64,000 nt of DNA from Chiloscyllium plagiosum (GCF_004010195.1 NC_057719.1:70514181-70578180), one strand, 5' to 3'; positions 39,500 to 52,596 are shown, numbered from the stretch's first letter. The notes: generated by a model not told the origin, from the letters alone. Made by a program: numbers and translations.

Positions 39500-39820
39500 A
39501 CCCTAATATCGAGGCTGGAGGACAAAGGAAGGGTTTCAAAGACTCCCTGAAGGCTTTCCTCAAGAAATGCAACATTGCAGCCAATGCATTGGAGATCTTG
39601 ATTCAGAAGTGACAGATTTGGAAGAAGCTCCTTTACGAAAGGACACAATAATTTGTGAACACCGTCAGCAAGTGGAAGTATCCATAAGGAACCAGAGAAA
39701 GGAATGGTAGCAATTTCAAGGCCAAAGACCAATTCCACCTTGCAGAAATACCACTTAATGTGTGGTTGAAGATGCGACTCTAGAATCAGGATCATCAGCC
39801 ACATAAGGACACATAGAATC
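39500..39820 (+). mobile_element. RTE (BovB-like) LINE C-terminal fragment
   Basis: GGQRKGFKDSLKAFLKKCNI...W...; terminal C2H2-like CG*RCDSRIRIISHIRTH. Confidence 0.8.
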
Positions 39821-39869
39821 CAGGACCAGAATTCCTACTCTTTATTCCTTGTTTGCTAACCATCTCAAT

Positions 39870-41200
39870 ACACTACCCCAATCCAATCCACTTTAATTTT
39901 ACACATTAATCTAATTAATAGGGGACTTAATCAAAAGCCTTCTTAAAGTCCAAATAAACCACATCCCCTAGCCCTCCTGATCATGCTATATGTTATATCC
40001 TCAAAGAATTCCAGATTTGTCAAGCAATATTTCTCTTTTTTAAATCCATGTTGACTGTGTCTGATTCTACCACTATTTTCTCAGTCTTCTGATATAAAAT
40101 CCTTGATAAAGGACTTCAGCATCTTCGCAATACCAGTGTCAGAGTCACTGTTCTATAATTCTCTGTTTTCTCTCTATCTCCTTTTTTAAATAGTGGGGTT
40201 ACATTAGCTATCCTCCAATCTATAGGAATTGTTTCAGAGTCTAAAGAATGCTGGAGGATGACCACCAATGCATCTACTATTTCTAGGGCCCCTCCTTCAA
40301 TACTCTGGGATGTAGATTAGCAGGACCTGAGGATTTATCAGCCTTCAATCCTATTAATTTCTCTAAAATCATTTCTCTGCCACTACAGATTTGTTTCAAT
40401 TTTTCCACCTTACTTAATCCTGTGTTGTTTACCATTTCTCATACATTATTTGTGTCCTGTTTTGTGAATACAATAATATAGTATGAATTTAGCTTAACAG
40501 CCATTTCTTTGTTCCCCACTAAAAATTCTCCTGTTTCTGACTGCAAGGGACCTACATTAGTTTTCTCCAATCTTTTTCTCTTTAGATGCCTTGAGAAACT
40601 TACATCGTCTATTGTTATGTTCCCAACTGTCATGCTCTATTTTCCCCTTCGTAATCAATCCCTTTGTCCTTCCTTGATGACTGCTAAACAGTTCCCAATC
40701 GTCAGATCTTTTTCTTTTCTCTGCCAACTTGTATGCCTTTTTTTGAATCCAATATTATATCTAACTTCCCTTGTAAGCATGGTTTGATCACTGTTCTCTT
40801 TGCACTCTTGCATCATACAGGAATAAACACATTTTTAATTCACCCATTTACCCTTTGTATGTTTGCCATTGCCTATCCACTAACATTTGGTTCAGTGATA
40901 TTTCCCAATCCATTATAGCTAACTCATTCCTCACACTATTGTATCTTCCCATATTAAGATTCAGGACCCTAGTTTCAGAGTCAACTACCTCACTCTGCAG
41001 CTTGATGGAGAATTCCATCTTATTTTTGTCACTTAATCCCAAGGGATCTCTCAAAACTACATCATCAATTATTGCTTTCTCATTGCACAATACCCAGTCT
41101 AAGATGGCCAGTTCTCTAGTTGGTTCTTCAGTGTATTGTTCTAGAAATCTACCCCACATACCCTCTTGGAATTCCTCTTCTATGGGATTATGACAATAAT
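39870..41200 (-). mobile_element. CR1 ORF2 fragment (EN-RT junction)
   Basis: FLEQYTEEPTRELAILDWVLCNE...LGLSD; NVGPLQSETGEFLVGNKEMA. Confidence 0.9.
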
Positions 41201-41780
41201 TTGATTCCCCATCAATAAGCAGTATAGTTCTTCATAGTATCTATCAGAATACACAACTTACTAGCAAACAGAAAAATCCCTAATGAGAGGCCAGTTTACT
41301 TTACTTGAGAATGGAAAGTTAATAGATGTTGGGCCAGATTGATTGTAAGCAAGATTAAAGACCTACTGTCAGAATATCCAGAAAATTCCTTCATTCAAAT
41401 TAGGGCACAGCCATGGGTAATCATTGTTTGATGCTTTGGAGTCCAGATTAGAGTGTATCAACACAGAAATGCAAGCCATTAAGATTGGCCTCACAGTTGG
41501 TAACAAAGGACAACACAGTCTTAACATTTGATGATCAACAGCTGAAGACCTAAAAGATTCCCAAACAATATAGATCACAGTAGAAGAACAATTCAGCATC
41601 AGATTTTGCTTCTATATTTGTTGACTAGAATTCATGCCACTGTGATAGAAGCCATAGACCACTGAATGAACAGGTGCAGAGAAAATGGCTCCTCATTTGA
41701 TTTTTCTAATGAGGAGCTAGCAAGCAGAAATGTTGAATCAAAGACATAGAGCACTGATATGCTCCTGAAGGATGGATATA

Positions 41781-41926
41781 AGAAATTGCTGGAAAAAACA
41801 TGGTTCTGAAGAAGGGACTCAAAACATTAACTGTGCGTTCTCTCCATAGATGCTGCCAGTCCTGCTGAGTTTCTCAACAATTTCTGTTTTTGTTTCAGAT
41901 TAACAGGGTCTGCAGTTATTTGTTTT
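41781..41926 (+). mobile_element. Miniature PLE family-C remnant with a short inverted arm and HHR-like core
   Basis: agaaattgctggaaaa (inverted tail), then CTGAAGA at 41806 and the family-C tail. Confidence 0.7.
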
Positions 41927-44459
41927 ATAATATCGGATGGGTGAAGTTGTTTTATTTGGAAAAGTGCATGCTGAAGAATGGCCTAATTGAAGAATGAACA
42001 TTGAGGGTTGGTAGGGTGAATAAGATCTAATTCTATACAGCTGAGAGATCGTAAAAAGATTTAAGAAGAATTCTTATCTCTCAGAGGGTGATGAGAATTG
42101 AGAACTCATTATCTGAAAGGATCAAAAAGATGGAATAGTTTCATATTTTTAAACATAATGTTTAAAAAGTACTTGGATATGTATTTGACATGCCAGAACC
42201 TACAGTGCTTTGAACTGAAAGCTATTAAATAGGAATACACTTGTTAGGTTTTTTTTTCATTTGCAGGATTGTGGGCATCATTGGCTAGGAGAATGTTTAT
42301 TGAGTATCCCTAATTGTTGAAGGTCAACCATTTTACTGTGGGCTTGGAGTCACAGTTAGGCTAGACTGGGTAACAACAGTAGTTTCCCAAAGGACATTTG
42401 TGAACCAGATATGATTTCCAGATAATTGACAGTGATTTCCAGTGGACTCTTAATTCCACACTTTGATTGAATTCAAATTTCTCTATTCACCATGGCACCA
42501 CTCCCCAGGTGGGAACACAATGAGCTGAATGACATCCTTACACGCTAGCATTGATTTTTATATGTCAATATTTTTTCCCCAATTAGGCAACTTGTCTAAT
42601 ATATCTCAAATTATCACTAATCTTTGGCTATCCACATTAAAGAGAAGAGTTTTACCCACAACAATAACCATCCCATTTTATCTGGCTCATTGGCAATATT
42701 ATGGGATATGTTGGATGTATTGTGTTATTTTATCCTTTGCAGCTTTCATTTATATTTTTTATTTTCTATTTAATTTGGTCTGACAACCTGTTCATATTCC
42801 CTTCATCTTTGTCATGTCTCTATTTTATCTAACACTTACTTTGAACCTTGACAACTACAGAGTATGTTTCAAAGTAGACCCACTCCATTAGGAAAAGGCC
42901 AAGGGAAGCAAATAGCTTTCCTTTTAGCTGTCGTTGTCAAAAAATTGCAATTGACAAAAGGTATAAGGACAGTCCAGGAAATAAAGTTCATGGGTGAGAA
43001 ATTGGGCTCAGTAGAGTAAATGAAGTATTGCTTAGTTCTATTTGAGTAGAAAATCTCGCAATAACTTCCCTAATGCAGTAATGAATGTTATACTGTCTTG
43101 TACAGGTTTTTGAGTGCTCTCCTCCAGCTTCCAATTACAGTATGCAGTGCAAGTTGGTTATTGAAGTCAGTCAGAGTGTAATGTTGGTTTGATGCCTGTG
43201 ATGCCATTTTGGATCTCAATCATCCAACCAACATCCTCTCTGAAGCTTGCACAGCTGAACACACTTTAAATAGCATGAAGAACATATTCTCCTCTACTGT
43301 GAAGAATATAAAGTGATTATCAGCTACTAACAGGGTAGTTGCTATGATTCCACAAGAGATTTTTGCTTTTTATAATTGTTCCAAATATTACATATATTTG
43401 CTGTGGGGCAGATACTGAAGTTTATTTCAATGCTTTTGCAGCAAGTTGTTCTTGTATATAAGTCCAATATTGGTATACTGTTGGGTAAACAATGGCCACT
43501 GAACTTGTAGAAAAGGAGAAGAATTCAAAGTTGGAGGCTTTATTTATCCAGTGTTTTTGGAGAGAAATCCTCAATTTGTCATCCACTGTTGCATAAAGGA
43601 ATATTAGGATAGACAGATAGACGTGGAAGTCTAGCACAAAGAAAATGTCCAAACACAATTAGTTGATGGTTATAGTGTAGCTCGTGATAAGTTGCTGATA
43701 TACAGACGATAGTAGAGGATGGTTATGTGCATTGAAAGACAGGAGTGTGTATCAGTGAGTGTGATAGACTCTGTTATGTTATGGTTGAATAACTGCTAAT
43801 GTGTGCAATCTGTGAGATGTGGATGTGAGTTTGAAGTGAAGCCATGAATGCTTTTGAATTTGCACAGACATTTAATGCATGTGTAGAAATTATGAAGAAA
43901 TGACAAAATTTGTGTCCATAAGAAGAACATTTACCAGATGGCAGGTGTTATGATGTTTCCTTCATTCTCTAGAGCCTACAGTTGTAGTGAGGGCTGTGAG
44001 GCAAAGACTCTGCACGTATTGCTTCCAAACTAATACACAGTATTCACTGTCATAGTGCTGTAATTGCAGACTGAATTGCCTTCCACAATCTTTGCTATTT
44101 CCTTGATTCAAACCTCCAAGTGGCCAATCATTTCAACTTCTTCCTTGCCTACCATTAGATATTTCCAGCATTGACCTCCTAAACTGTTTCAACCAAGTTC
44201 AAAGTTAACTTTGGAATTAATCTTGCTTTTCTGTCTTCATTCTCCAAATCACAATTTACTGCCTGTCTACTCATTTTGTGGACAGCCTAATTATTTTCTT
44301 TTGATCAATGACTGATAGGACATTACGCAGCTCGGAATAACCGAGGGATCTTGGGATTCTTGTCCGCAAATCCCTGAATGTGGCAGGGCAGATTAGTAGG
44401 TTAGTTTAAGACAGTGATACTGGACATGTCCTTTATCAATGGAAGCATAGATTCTATGA

Positions 44460-44612
44460 ACAACTTCGGTACCCATGAAGACAGCCTCAACCCAGACCTT
44501 GAATTCATGTCACACTACAGATGACCCTATTACACTATACACTCTCTCACATACACATACACGCATGCTCTCACATACTCAGACACTCACGCAGACCCTG
44601 TCTCATACACAT

Positions 44613-44663
<51 letters not shown>

Positions 44664-45294
44664 CCTGAGAGACATACACATGCAAACACACACACTCACA
44701 TGCATTCACACATGCATAAACTCACACTCTGTCCCACACCCTCTCCCACCTCTCCCTCCCTCACGTGCACACACACACACACACGTCTATGGGGTAAATT
44801 TGTATTTGCAGATTCATTGTATTTTGTTCAAATAGCACACAACCTGCAGGCAATCAAGGCAGACAGTCAATCCATGTAACATTTTATAAAATCCTGCTTT
44901 GGAAATAGAAGCAGATTGACTCAATATTAGGATACAGACAGACTCTAACCTTACACCTTTAATGCATTGTCTGAGCTGAGATGTCACTTTTTTTTATAAA
45001 ACCTTGAGGTGTCTCAAGAATGTGATTTGAAAGAAGTTCTGGGATTTACATATTAATGAACTGAAAACTGCAACCTATTCTAAAAGATGAAAGGCATACA
45101 GCAATCTAGGTTTGTTCAATATATCATATCAGTTGCATGCATGCAGATCACATGAAACTGATCTTTTGCTATAAATTCGGCATCTTATAATCCTGTTTCA
45201 CAGCTACCCGATGAAGGAGCAATATTCCAAAAGCTAGTACTTCCAAATAAACTTGTTGGACTATAAGCTGGTGTTGTGTGATTTTTAACTTTGT
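44460..45294 (+). mobile_element. PLE family B 3' end with CA/CT microsatellite UTR and degraded HHR
   Basis: FGTHEDSLNPDLEFMSHYR*; UTR similar to 4225-4720 and to the reverse complement of 3188-3850; CCGATGA-AGGAGC...TCC-AAAAGCTAGT at 45208. Confidence 0.9.
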
Positions 45295-45317
45295 GAACTA
45301 AAATAAGACTACAGGAT

Positions 45318-45721
45318 TGAAAGATGTGGTGCTGGAAAAACACAGCAGGCCAGGCAGCATCCAAGGAGCAGGAGAATCAACGTTTCAGGTGTAAGCCCTT
45401 CTTCAGGAATGAGGCTAGTGTGCCAAGTGGGCTGAGATAAAAGGTAGGGGGGAGGGAATTTGGGGGAGGGGCGCTGGGAATACGATAGGTGGAAGGAGGT
45501 GAGGATGAGGGTGATAGGCTGGAGAGGGGGTGGGGGCGGAGAGGTCAGGAAGAAGATTGCAGGTTAAGAGGGTGGTGCTGAATCCGAGGGTTGAGATAAG
45601 GTGGGGGGAGGGGAAATGAGGAAGCTGGAGAAATCTACATTCATCCCGTGTGGTTGGAGGGTTCCAGCACCACATTTTTCAACTCTGGTACTCCAGCATC
45701 TGCAGTCCTCACTTTCTCCCT
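45318..45721 (-). mobile_element. PLE family A 3' end with an inverted tail piece (45662-45720) and a target-site duplication
   Basis: HHR CTGAAGA...GAAACGTT on the minus strand (45379-45406); flanks TAAGACTACAGGAT (45304-45317) and TAAGATTATAGGAT (45722-45735). Confidence 0.88.
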
Positions 45722-45735
45722 TAAGATTATAGGAT

Positions 45736-46620
45736 GTCAACAGAAGTAGGCCATTTGGTCCAGTGGGTCTGCTCCAGCATTTGATTGTGGCTGATATGTT
45801 TCTCAGACCTGTTTTCCTGCCTTGTCAAAGTCTTTGATCCCCTTACCACTGAAGAACTATCTATCTGTCTTAAAGGCACTCAATGACTTGGCCTTTAGAG
45901 CCATCTGTAGCAATGGGTTCCACAGATTAACCAGCCAGATCCTCTGGCTGAAGTAATTCCTTCTCACCTCAATTCTAAAGGGTCATCCCAACACTTCAAG
46001 ACTGTACTCTCATGCTCTAGTCTCTCCTACCAAAGGAAAATATCCACTCCACATCCACTCCACATCCATTCTATCCAGGCTTCTCATTATTTTAAATTTC
46101 AATGAGATTCCTTCCCTCATCCTTCTAAACTCCATCGAGTATAAACCCAGAATTCTCAACTGCTCCTTGTTTAACAAGCCCTTCATTGTTGGGATTGTTC
46201 TTATAAGCCTCTTTTGGAGCACATTGTTTCTCAGATATGGGCCCAAAACTGCTCTCAATACTCCAAATGTGGTCTGACCCAAGCATCATGATGCCTCAGC
46301 AGTACACCTCTGCTCTTGGATTCTAGCCCTCTTGAAATGAATGCTTGCATTGCATTTGCCTTCCTAATTGCCAACTAAAGAGAACCCTGAACTAGAATTC
46401 CCAAGTCCATTTGTGCTTCAGATTTGTGAAGCTTTTTCCCATTGAGAAAATAGTCTGAAGCTCTATTCTTCCTGCGAAATTGCATAACCTCACATTGTAT
46501 TCCACATCGTTGCCCCTTTCCTAGCCAGTCCAAATCGTTCTACAGCTTCCCTGCTTCCTTAACACTACCTGTCCCTCCACCTATCATTATGCCATCTGCA
46601 AACTTTGCAGCAATGCCCTC
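45736..46620 (-). mobile_element. CR1 3' end
   Basis: PYLRNNVLQKRLIRTIP...LGLYSMEFRRMR; tail agaagtaggccatttggtcc. Confidence 0.88.
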
Positions 46621-47886
46621 ATTTGCTGAGGGTTGCTTTTTCCACAGCATTTGATGTACAGCATTTGAAGATGTAATTTTGAAAGAATTTAATTAAGTAC
46701 AAAAGCTGTTCTTCTGGTACAGAAATTAGTCTTGACCTCACCTTGTTCTCCCCTGTTCTTAACTTTGGTTGCTGTTGTGACAGCAACTTGCACTCAATTA
46801 GTATCTTTTAAATAATGAAACCTCCCAAAGGGGGAATCAGAACTGAGTAGGGGTGGATGGAGACAGTGTCTGAATGCTCAGATCAAAACCTTGACTTTTG
46901 AATATATATGGTCAGCTTGGCAGAAAATGCACTTCTTCAGCTTTTCCCACTCTTGCAACAACACATCGCAAATGGGCAATCTGCCAATCAAAGGGATGAT
47001 AAATGCCTGTGGTTCACCAGCCATATGTTAATGAGGCAGAACCCAGATTCAAAACTAAATACTATGCCACTGTGTCAGCTCGTTCCTTGCCATGAGAGTA
47101 AAATTAGTCCTGTACAATCCAAACATTGTTTTGTTTCAGAATTACTAATCTGTGGGATTGTTTCCTTTGTCAATTTTTCCATTGAATCTGACACCATTCT
47201 ACAGCTAAAGCAATAAAAATAATTATCCTATCACAACTGATGTTCAGTGGTAATACTCCTGAGACTCTTGAAGAAAAGTAGGCACAACATAACAACATCA
47301 CATTTGTTTGGTTGTTTGAATGTTCCAATTGTGCTTGGAAGTATGTAAAAATGTTCACGTTCCCTGGGTCATACCTCATTCTCTGCAGCCTCTTCTGCTA
47401 GCTCGCTCTTGAAAATTCTGACATTTGGTGAAATACCTGGGTCAGAAAGCAGTAACATAAGGGATGGACAACTCAATTTTGACAGTAATCCACATGAAGT
47501 TGAAAGCTAACCCTGCTGTATCGAAGAGCTGAATTTGCACCTTAGATGCAGGAAAAATAAGTCTGGAACAAAAACAGAAATTGCTGAAGAATTATTTTCC
47601 AGACTCAAAACAAATCAAAGGTGAGATTTAAAAGTAGAATTAAACAGATTTTCCAGCAATTTATGTTTTTGCTTCAATTTTCCAATATCTGCAGTTCTTT
47701 GACTTGTTTTTTTTAAATATGAGTCTGGTTTGCTTTTGGGTCCCCACACGAGTGGGGAATTACTTAAAGTTAAGATTCACTTGGATGAGCCTTTAATTGG
47801 CTTGGGGAAAGTTTCCTGTCTAGTTAAAGGTGGTAAGTGGGCTAGTTTTGAAAAAGCACCCAGCTGCTGCATAAGGTAAATAATTC

Positions 47887-48227
47887 ATAGAATCCCTACA
47901 GTGTGGAAACAGGGCCTTCGGCCCAACAAGTCCACACCAACCCTCCGAAGAGTAACCCACCTAAACCCATTCTCCTACCCTATATTTACCCCGACTACTG
48001 CACCTAACCTACACATCCCTGAACACTATGGGAAACTTCCCATGGCCAATTCACTTAACCTGCATGTCTTCGGACTGTGGAACGAAAGCATAGCACCCGG
48101 AGGAAACCCACACAGATAGGGAAAAACGTGCAAACTCCACACAGATAGTCATCCAAGGCTGGAATAGAACCTGGGTCCCTGGCACTGTGAGGCATTAGTG
48201 CTAACCACTGAAACACCGTGCTGCCCA
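47887..48227 (-). mobile_element. HE1-type V-SINE, full length
   Basis: Minus strand GGGCAGCACGGTGTTTCAGTGGTTAG...GGTTCTATTCC, V-domain TGTGTGGAGTTTGCAC...GGGTTTCCTCCGGGTGCT, CR1-derived tail. Confidence 0.9.
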
Positions 48228-48544
48228 TTGGGGTGACACCCCAAAAAGAAGATGCCCCTTAGCTACTTCTGCCAACCTGCCACAGTGGGTGGGAGGGTAG
48301 GTTTGAGGTTGAATTGCTGAATAACATGGCCTTTGGGGCCACCCACTCTGTATACCCACTCCACATGGAGGACCAGTTCCTGTCTGCAGCACCGACAACC
48401 CTACCTGCCAAAGAGTGTCCACCACTAGCCAATTGATCTACCCCTCCTCCAGCTCCCATTCAGCCATGTTAAGAGTTTATTCTCCTGTTTGTTTGAAATT
48501 AGCTGACTACATCCCTTCCCACCCCACTCCTTCCATTGAACTGA

Positions 48545-48625
48545 AGCACTGAGGAAGGGTCACTGTACCTGAAATGTTAACTGATTTCTCTCCATAGATG
48601 CTGAGGTTTTGCAGCAATTTGTTGT
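48545..48625 (+). mobile_element. PLE family-C tail remnant with HHR-like core
   Basis: CTGAGGA (48549) AGGGTCACTGTACCT GAAA (48571) TGTT. Confidence 0.65.
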
Positions 48626-50458
48626 AATCGTTCAGAATGATGTGCTCATCATTAGCTTTAATCCATTCATAATGTTCTAATCTCTGGCAGTCCCTTCCTA
48701 GTATGTAACTAGAAATATATCTGTACTGGAAATTGGTTTGTATGCAACTTCTCATTTTCAAAAAAAAACAAGCACCAAGTCCAATACATATGGGTTACGA
48801 ACTTCCAATTCAATAATAGGCGAGTGCTACATGTAAAATGACTGAGGCACAAACAAAGTTATTTAAAGTGCAACAACCCTGTACAATGCCCAAAGTCAAA
48901 TGAAGGGCCTCATGCCTATTTAATTGGGAAATTGGATTTTGATGGACTGCGCTCATATACCATGCATATTGAGGTCAGTTATTCAATTCTAAAGCAGCCA
49001 AACTCATTGCCACCAACACACACGCACACACACACACCTGCGAATACTGTCTTATGTTAGTGGAGCCAGATTGAAGACCTTAAATGGGCGACAATTGAGC
49101 ACTTGAGACCATCGATAGGCCTAAGGGCAGACAGGCTAATGGATGCCTTACCATCCAATGCATTATCGCAACAGATCAGAGGTGAGCATGAGGGATTTGG
49201 ACTGGCTACTCATACTGACAACACACCTGAAGTTGAGGCTGTAAAGTCCAGCTCAATATTTTTGATGTGAAATTTACTAGGCAGGAAGACCTTATAATCT
49301 CTGACATTTTGTCTCTGCCAAATACTGTTGTCTTCGTATTTTTCCTCCCATGATGCTTTTAGTTGACTTTAATATTTCTGATGTGGCCTTCCGATTTGTT
49401 TTGCCTCCTTGGAATATCTTTTCTAATACTGACTTGTGGTGATGGACTTGTTTATTAGCTTTCTGCATGGGATGCTTTCTCACAATTTAACTCTTCTTGT
49501 TTTTCTCACTGTTCTCTTTGTAGGAAATATTACTGCACATGCTGCCTTTTTTTTTAGTTCAATAAAAGATTGCTGATAGTCAATTTTGTTTACCTGAGCA
49601 TCAAAGCTGTACAGCTCTAGAACTAATAATGCTTTGTTAGCAGTCTCATTCCAATATTGATGGCTCTCACTGGAGTCTATCAAACAACATTAGGTTTAGC
49701 AATCATGAGCTATCTTTAATATCCTGGCTCCTATAAAACTATAAATTAATAATATAGTAATTGGAATTCTCCAGGGCACCCACACCAGCTAAAAAATTCC
49801 ACTAGATTTAATAGGAGAGTGACAAGTATATTTTCTTGTTTGGCACGGTTTTGCAAAAGTTGGCCTTTCTTCTTTTGCTCTCTTAGCTTCATGTGAGAAC
49901 AATCACTGTGCAAGATTTTATGAGAATATGAAAATCAAAGCCAAATCAATGGACTTCATTCCATAGCAGCGTAAATTGTCGATATTGTTCTCCCAATTTT
50001 ATTGTTAATATCAAATAACGGAGACTTTAATGATGAAAGAAATAGCTTAACTTACACAGTTACTGTTATCCCGAGTATGAAATAAATTTATTGTGGTCGC
50101 ATTGATTTCATTACAGCAGAAAATCATACGTGACTCGGGCTGATATTTGTCCTAAGCTTTAGAGTCTGAAAATCTAAAAGGATTAGAGTCTGTCAGCACA
50201 GCAGCATAAACTTTAAAAGCTATTAGGGGTGAAAACAGTCTTTTTTAGTGTAATGTGGAGAGTATAACACCCCATTCCACAGTAATTCTCTATATATCCC
50301 TGTGTATAATCCTTTTAGTATATGGAAGACATTCTGATTAGTTAAAAAATATTAATCATTAGGAAGCTTGCAATGGATTTTGTGATCAGTAGTGAAAAAG
50401 TGGTTTTTGCCATTGATTTCAAAGGAAGTTATTCAGAAGATCTCAGAATATCTCTGGT

Positions 50459-50595
50459 AAGGGGTAAATGTAGGGGTATGGGTGGATTTCGCTTCGGCGG
50501 GTCGGTGTGGACTTGTTGGGCCGAAGGGCCTGTTTCCACACTGTAATCTAATCTAAATCTAAATCTAAATCTAATCTAATCTAAATCTAAATCTA
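50459..50595 (+). mobile_element. HE1 SINE 3' end with (TCTAA/TCTAAA)n tail
   Basis: gggtcggtgtggacttgttgggccgaagggcctgtttccacactgtaatctaatctaaatct... Confidence 0.85.
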
Positions 50596-50939
50596 TGTAA
50601 TTGCCCTTTCAAAGTGGAAGTTTGAATCTCGAGTCAAGTTAAGGGGATATCTTGGCATGCAGTAGCATAATGCCAACTTGATGATGAACAGAAACATTAG
50701 AGTATACACATAGAGCAAACCAGGAAACTAAAAACATTTTATACTTGTCATTTGGTATTTACCTTTTTAAATAGGGAGATAAATGATAATTGCAGTTACA
50801 TAAAAGTTAAAATGAAAATGAATAATCCCGATTAATAATATTGATATTTTGGATTTTTGTCAGAGATATTTGCCATTAAAACATAAAATTAGCTTCCCAG
50901 ATTATGAGAATGAATAGCAGTAATTATGAAGTTAATAGC

Positions 50940-51300
50940 GTGAATATCAACAAGGGAAAATCTTGCTTAACCAACTTCATGAAATATTTTGAGTTAATAA
51001 AGGGAGTACACAATGATCATGTAGTAGATGTGAGTTATCTGGATTTTCATAAGACCTTTTGATAGGGTGCCCCATTATAACGAAATGAATAAGGCCAGAG
51101 AATATGGAACTGAGCGACAAAGCGCAGAATGGATTGCTCACTGATTACCGGACAGAAAGCGGAGAGTGGGAGTATAGACTATTTATTCAGAGAGACAGAA
51201 AATATGATTGGTGTTCCACTGGATCAGTAATATGATGAGTACAATTCATAATTTACATTAATAAAGCAGAGCCATTCAATAAGGTGTAACATTTTAAAGT
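50940..51300 (+). mobile_element. Old CR1 RT fragment
   Basis: KGKSCLTNFMKYF; VDVSYLDFHKTF..RVPH-like motifs. Confidence 0.75.
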
Positions 51301-51509
51301 TGTGCTTTTTGAACAGTAAAAATAAGAGCCTAACAGTGCAAAATAATCCATAGGATTTCCATTGATTGTAGTCTTGGAGTTCCTCAACAGTACACCCCGT
51401 GGGGGAGTGAAGAATCATTGATGGGTAATTTGAAATTTCTGTATTTAGCAATGCATAGGGGTTATTCAAGAAGTTACTAACAATCTTAGTAGACCAATAA
51501 TAATGAACA

Positions 51510-51738
51510 TGATTTGGAGATGCCGGTGTTGGACTGGGGTGTACAAAGTTAAAAATTACACAACACCAGGTTATAGTCCAACAGGTTTAATTGGAAGCAC
51601 ACCAGCTTTCGGAGCGACGCTCCTTCATCGGGTGATTGTGGCTCCTTCATTGTGGCTCCTTCACGCTCCTTCATCACAATCACCTGATGAAGGAGCGCCA
51701 CTCCGAAAGCTAGTGTGCTTCCAATAAAACCTGTTGGA
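51510..51738. mobile_element. Miniature fold-back PLE family-B insertion with two oppositely oriented HHR motifs
   Basis: 64-bp inverted arms at 51577-51640 and 51675-51738 (5 mismatches); flanks CAATAATAATGAACA (51495-51509) and CAATAGCAATGAACA (51739-51753). Confidence 0.88.
51681..51715 (+). ncRNA. Minimal type-I hammerhead ribozyme with intact core (PLE family B)
   Basis: CAC-CTGATGA-A-GGAG(CGCCA)CTCC-GAAA-GC-TA-GTG: stem I CAC/GTG, stem II GGAG/CTCC, palindromic AGCT, predicted cleavage after 51712. Confidence 0.82.
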
Positions 51739-52596
51739 CAATAGCAATGAACACTGACAGTCTTACCATCATTACCATGACAGAACAAGACCAATAACCT
51801 TCCATTTTTCTCACATGTAAACAGTAATGTATGGTAATATTTCAAAGTATGATACTAACATTAAGTATGTTATTAAAACTAAATGGGACCACTATTCTGA
51901 ATAATCTGGCAGAGATTTGCTTTGTTTTCCCAATTCTATCAAATATATGCAGCAGTCTGATTTTTGATCGTGTTTCTCACTTTCTATCTTGTTTATACGG
52001 AATCTATTGTTCTTGTCTCCTCCATATTGAGTGATTTGTTTTTATCTATGCTGTATGCAGTCATCTTACCTCAGCTCCTAGCAACAATTCACTGCAAAGC
52101 ACTGATGTTCAGTAGTTTGCCTCTCACCATTTTAATCATTCTATTGTTCATTCAGTATCGTTTGATTGTTCAAAAACATACAAACAAAATCAAAAGATGC
52201 AGCAAATACCAATGTGCAAAAGTAAATAAGTTAAACGAGACAGTACTTTTCTGTGGAATATAGCAAGCTGTTACTAACAGCAGCATGTCACATTTGTGAT
52301 GAAAAATAAGTTACATCAAATTTACAGCCTGAAAACATCATTTAGTCTTAACTGATCAATGTCTGTCTATCGCGTCTACATAAACCTTCTCCCATTTTCA
52401 TTTACCTAAGCATTTCACAATGTCCTTCTACAATACATCAAATTATAATGGAGAAAAAGGAAATGTTATCTGACTCAGGTTCTCTAATTCTTCCTTCTTT
52501 TCCTGATGTTTCAGGTAGCATTTTAATGGAGAGCAACATGGGTTATCATTTCAAATCAATGACCTCTCATCAGAACTGAGATGCTGCAACTTTATC

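Noticed and set aside
43100..44300. Possible degenerate DNA-transposase region (also 1-500, 37600-38330, 49290-49690 and 56110-56300)
   Set aside because: Coding-like composition but no motif I could assign reliably; needs a translated HMM search
44475..44879. His/Thr-rich ORFs here and at 3577-3902 and 4176-4546
   Set aside because: Translations of CA/CT microsatellites in the PLE family-B UTR
47887..48227. tRNA gene
   Set aside because: The A/B boxes belong to a SINE head followed by a V-domain and a LINE tail; no cloverleaf acceptor stem
51503..51845. Overlapping sense and antisense ORFs with similar peptides
   Set aside because: A consequence of the inverted repeat, not protein coding
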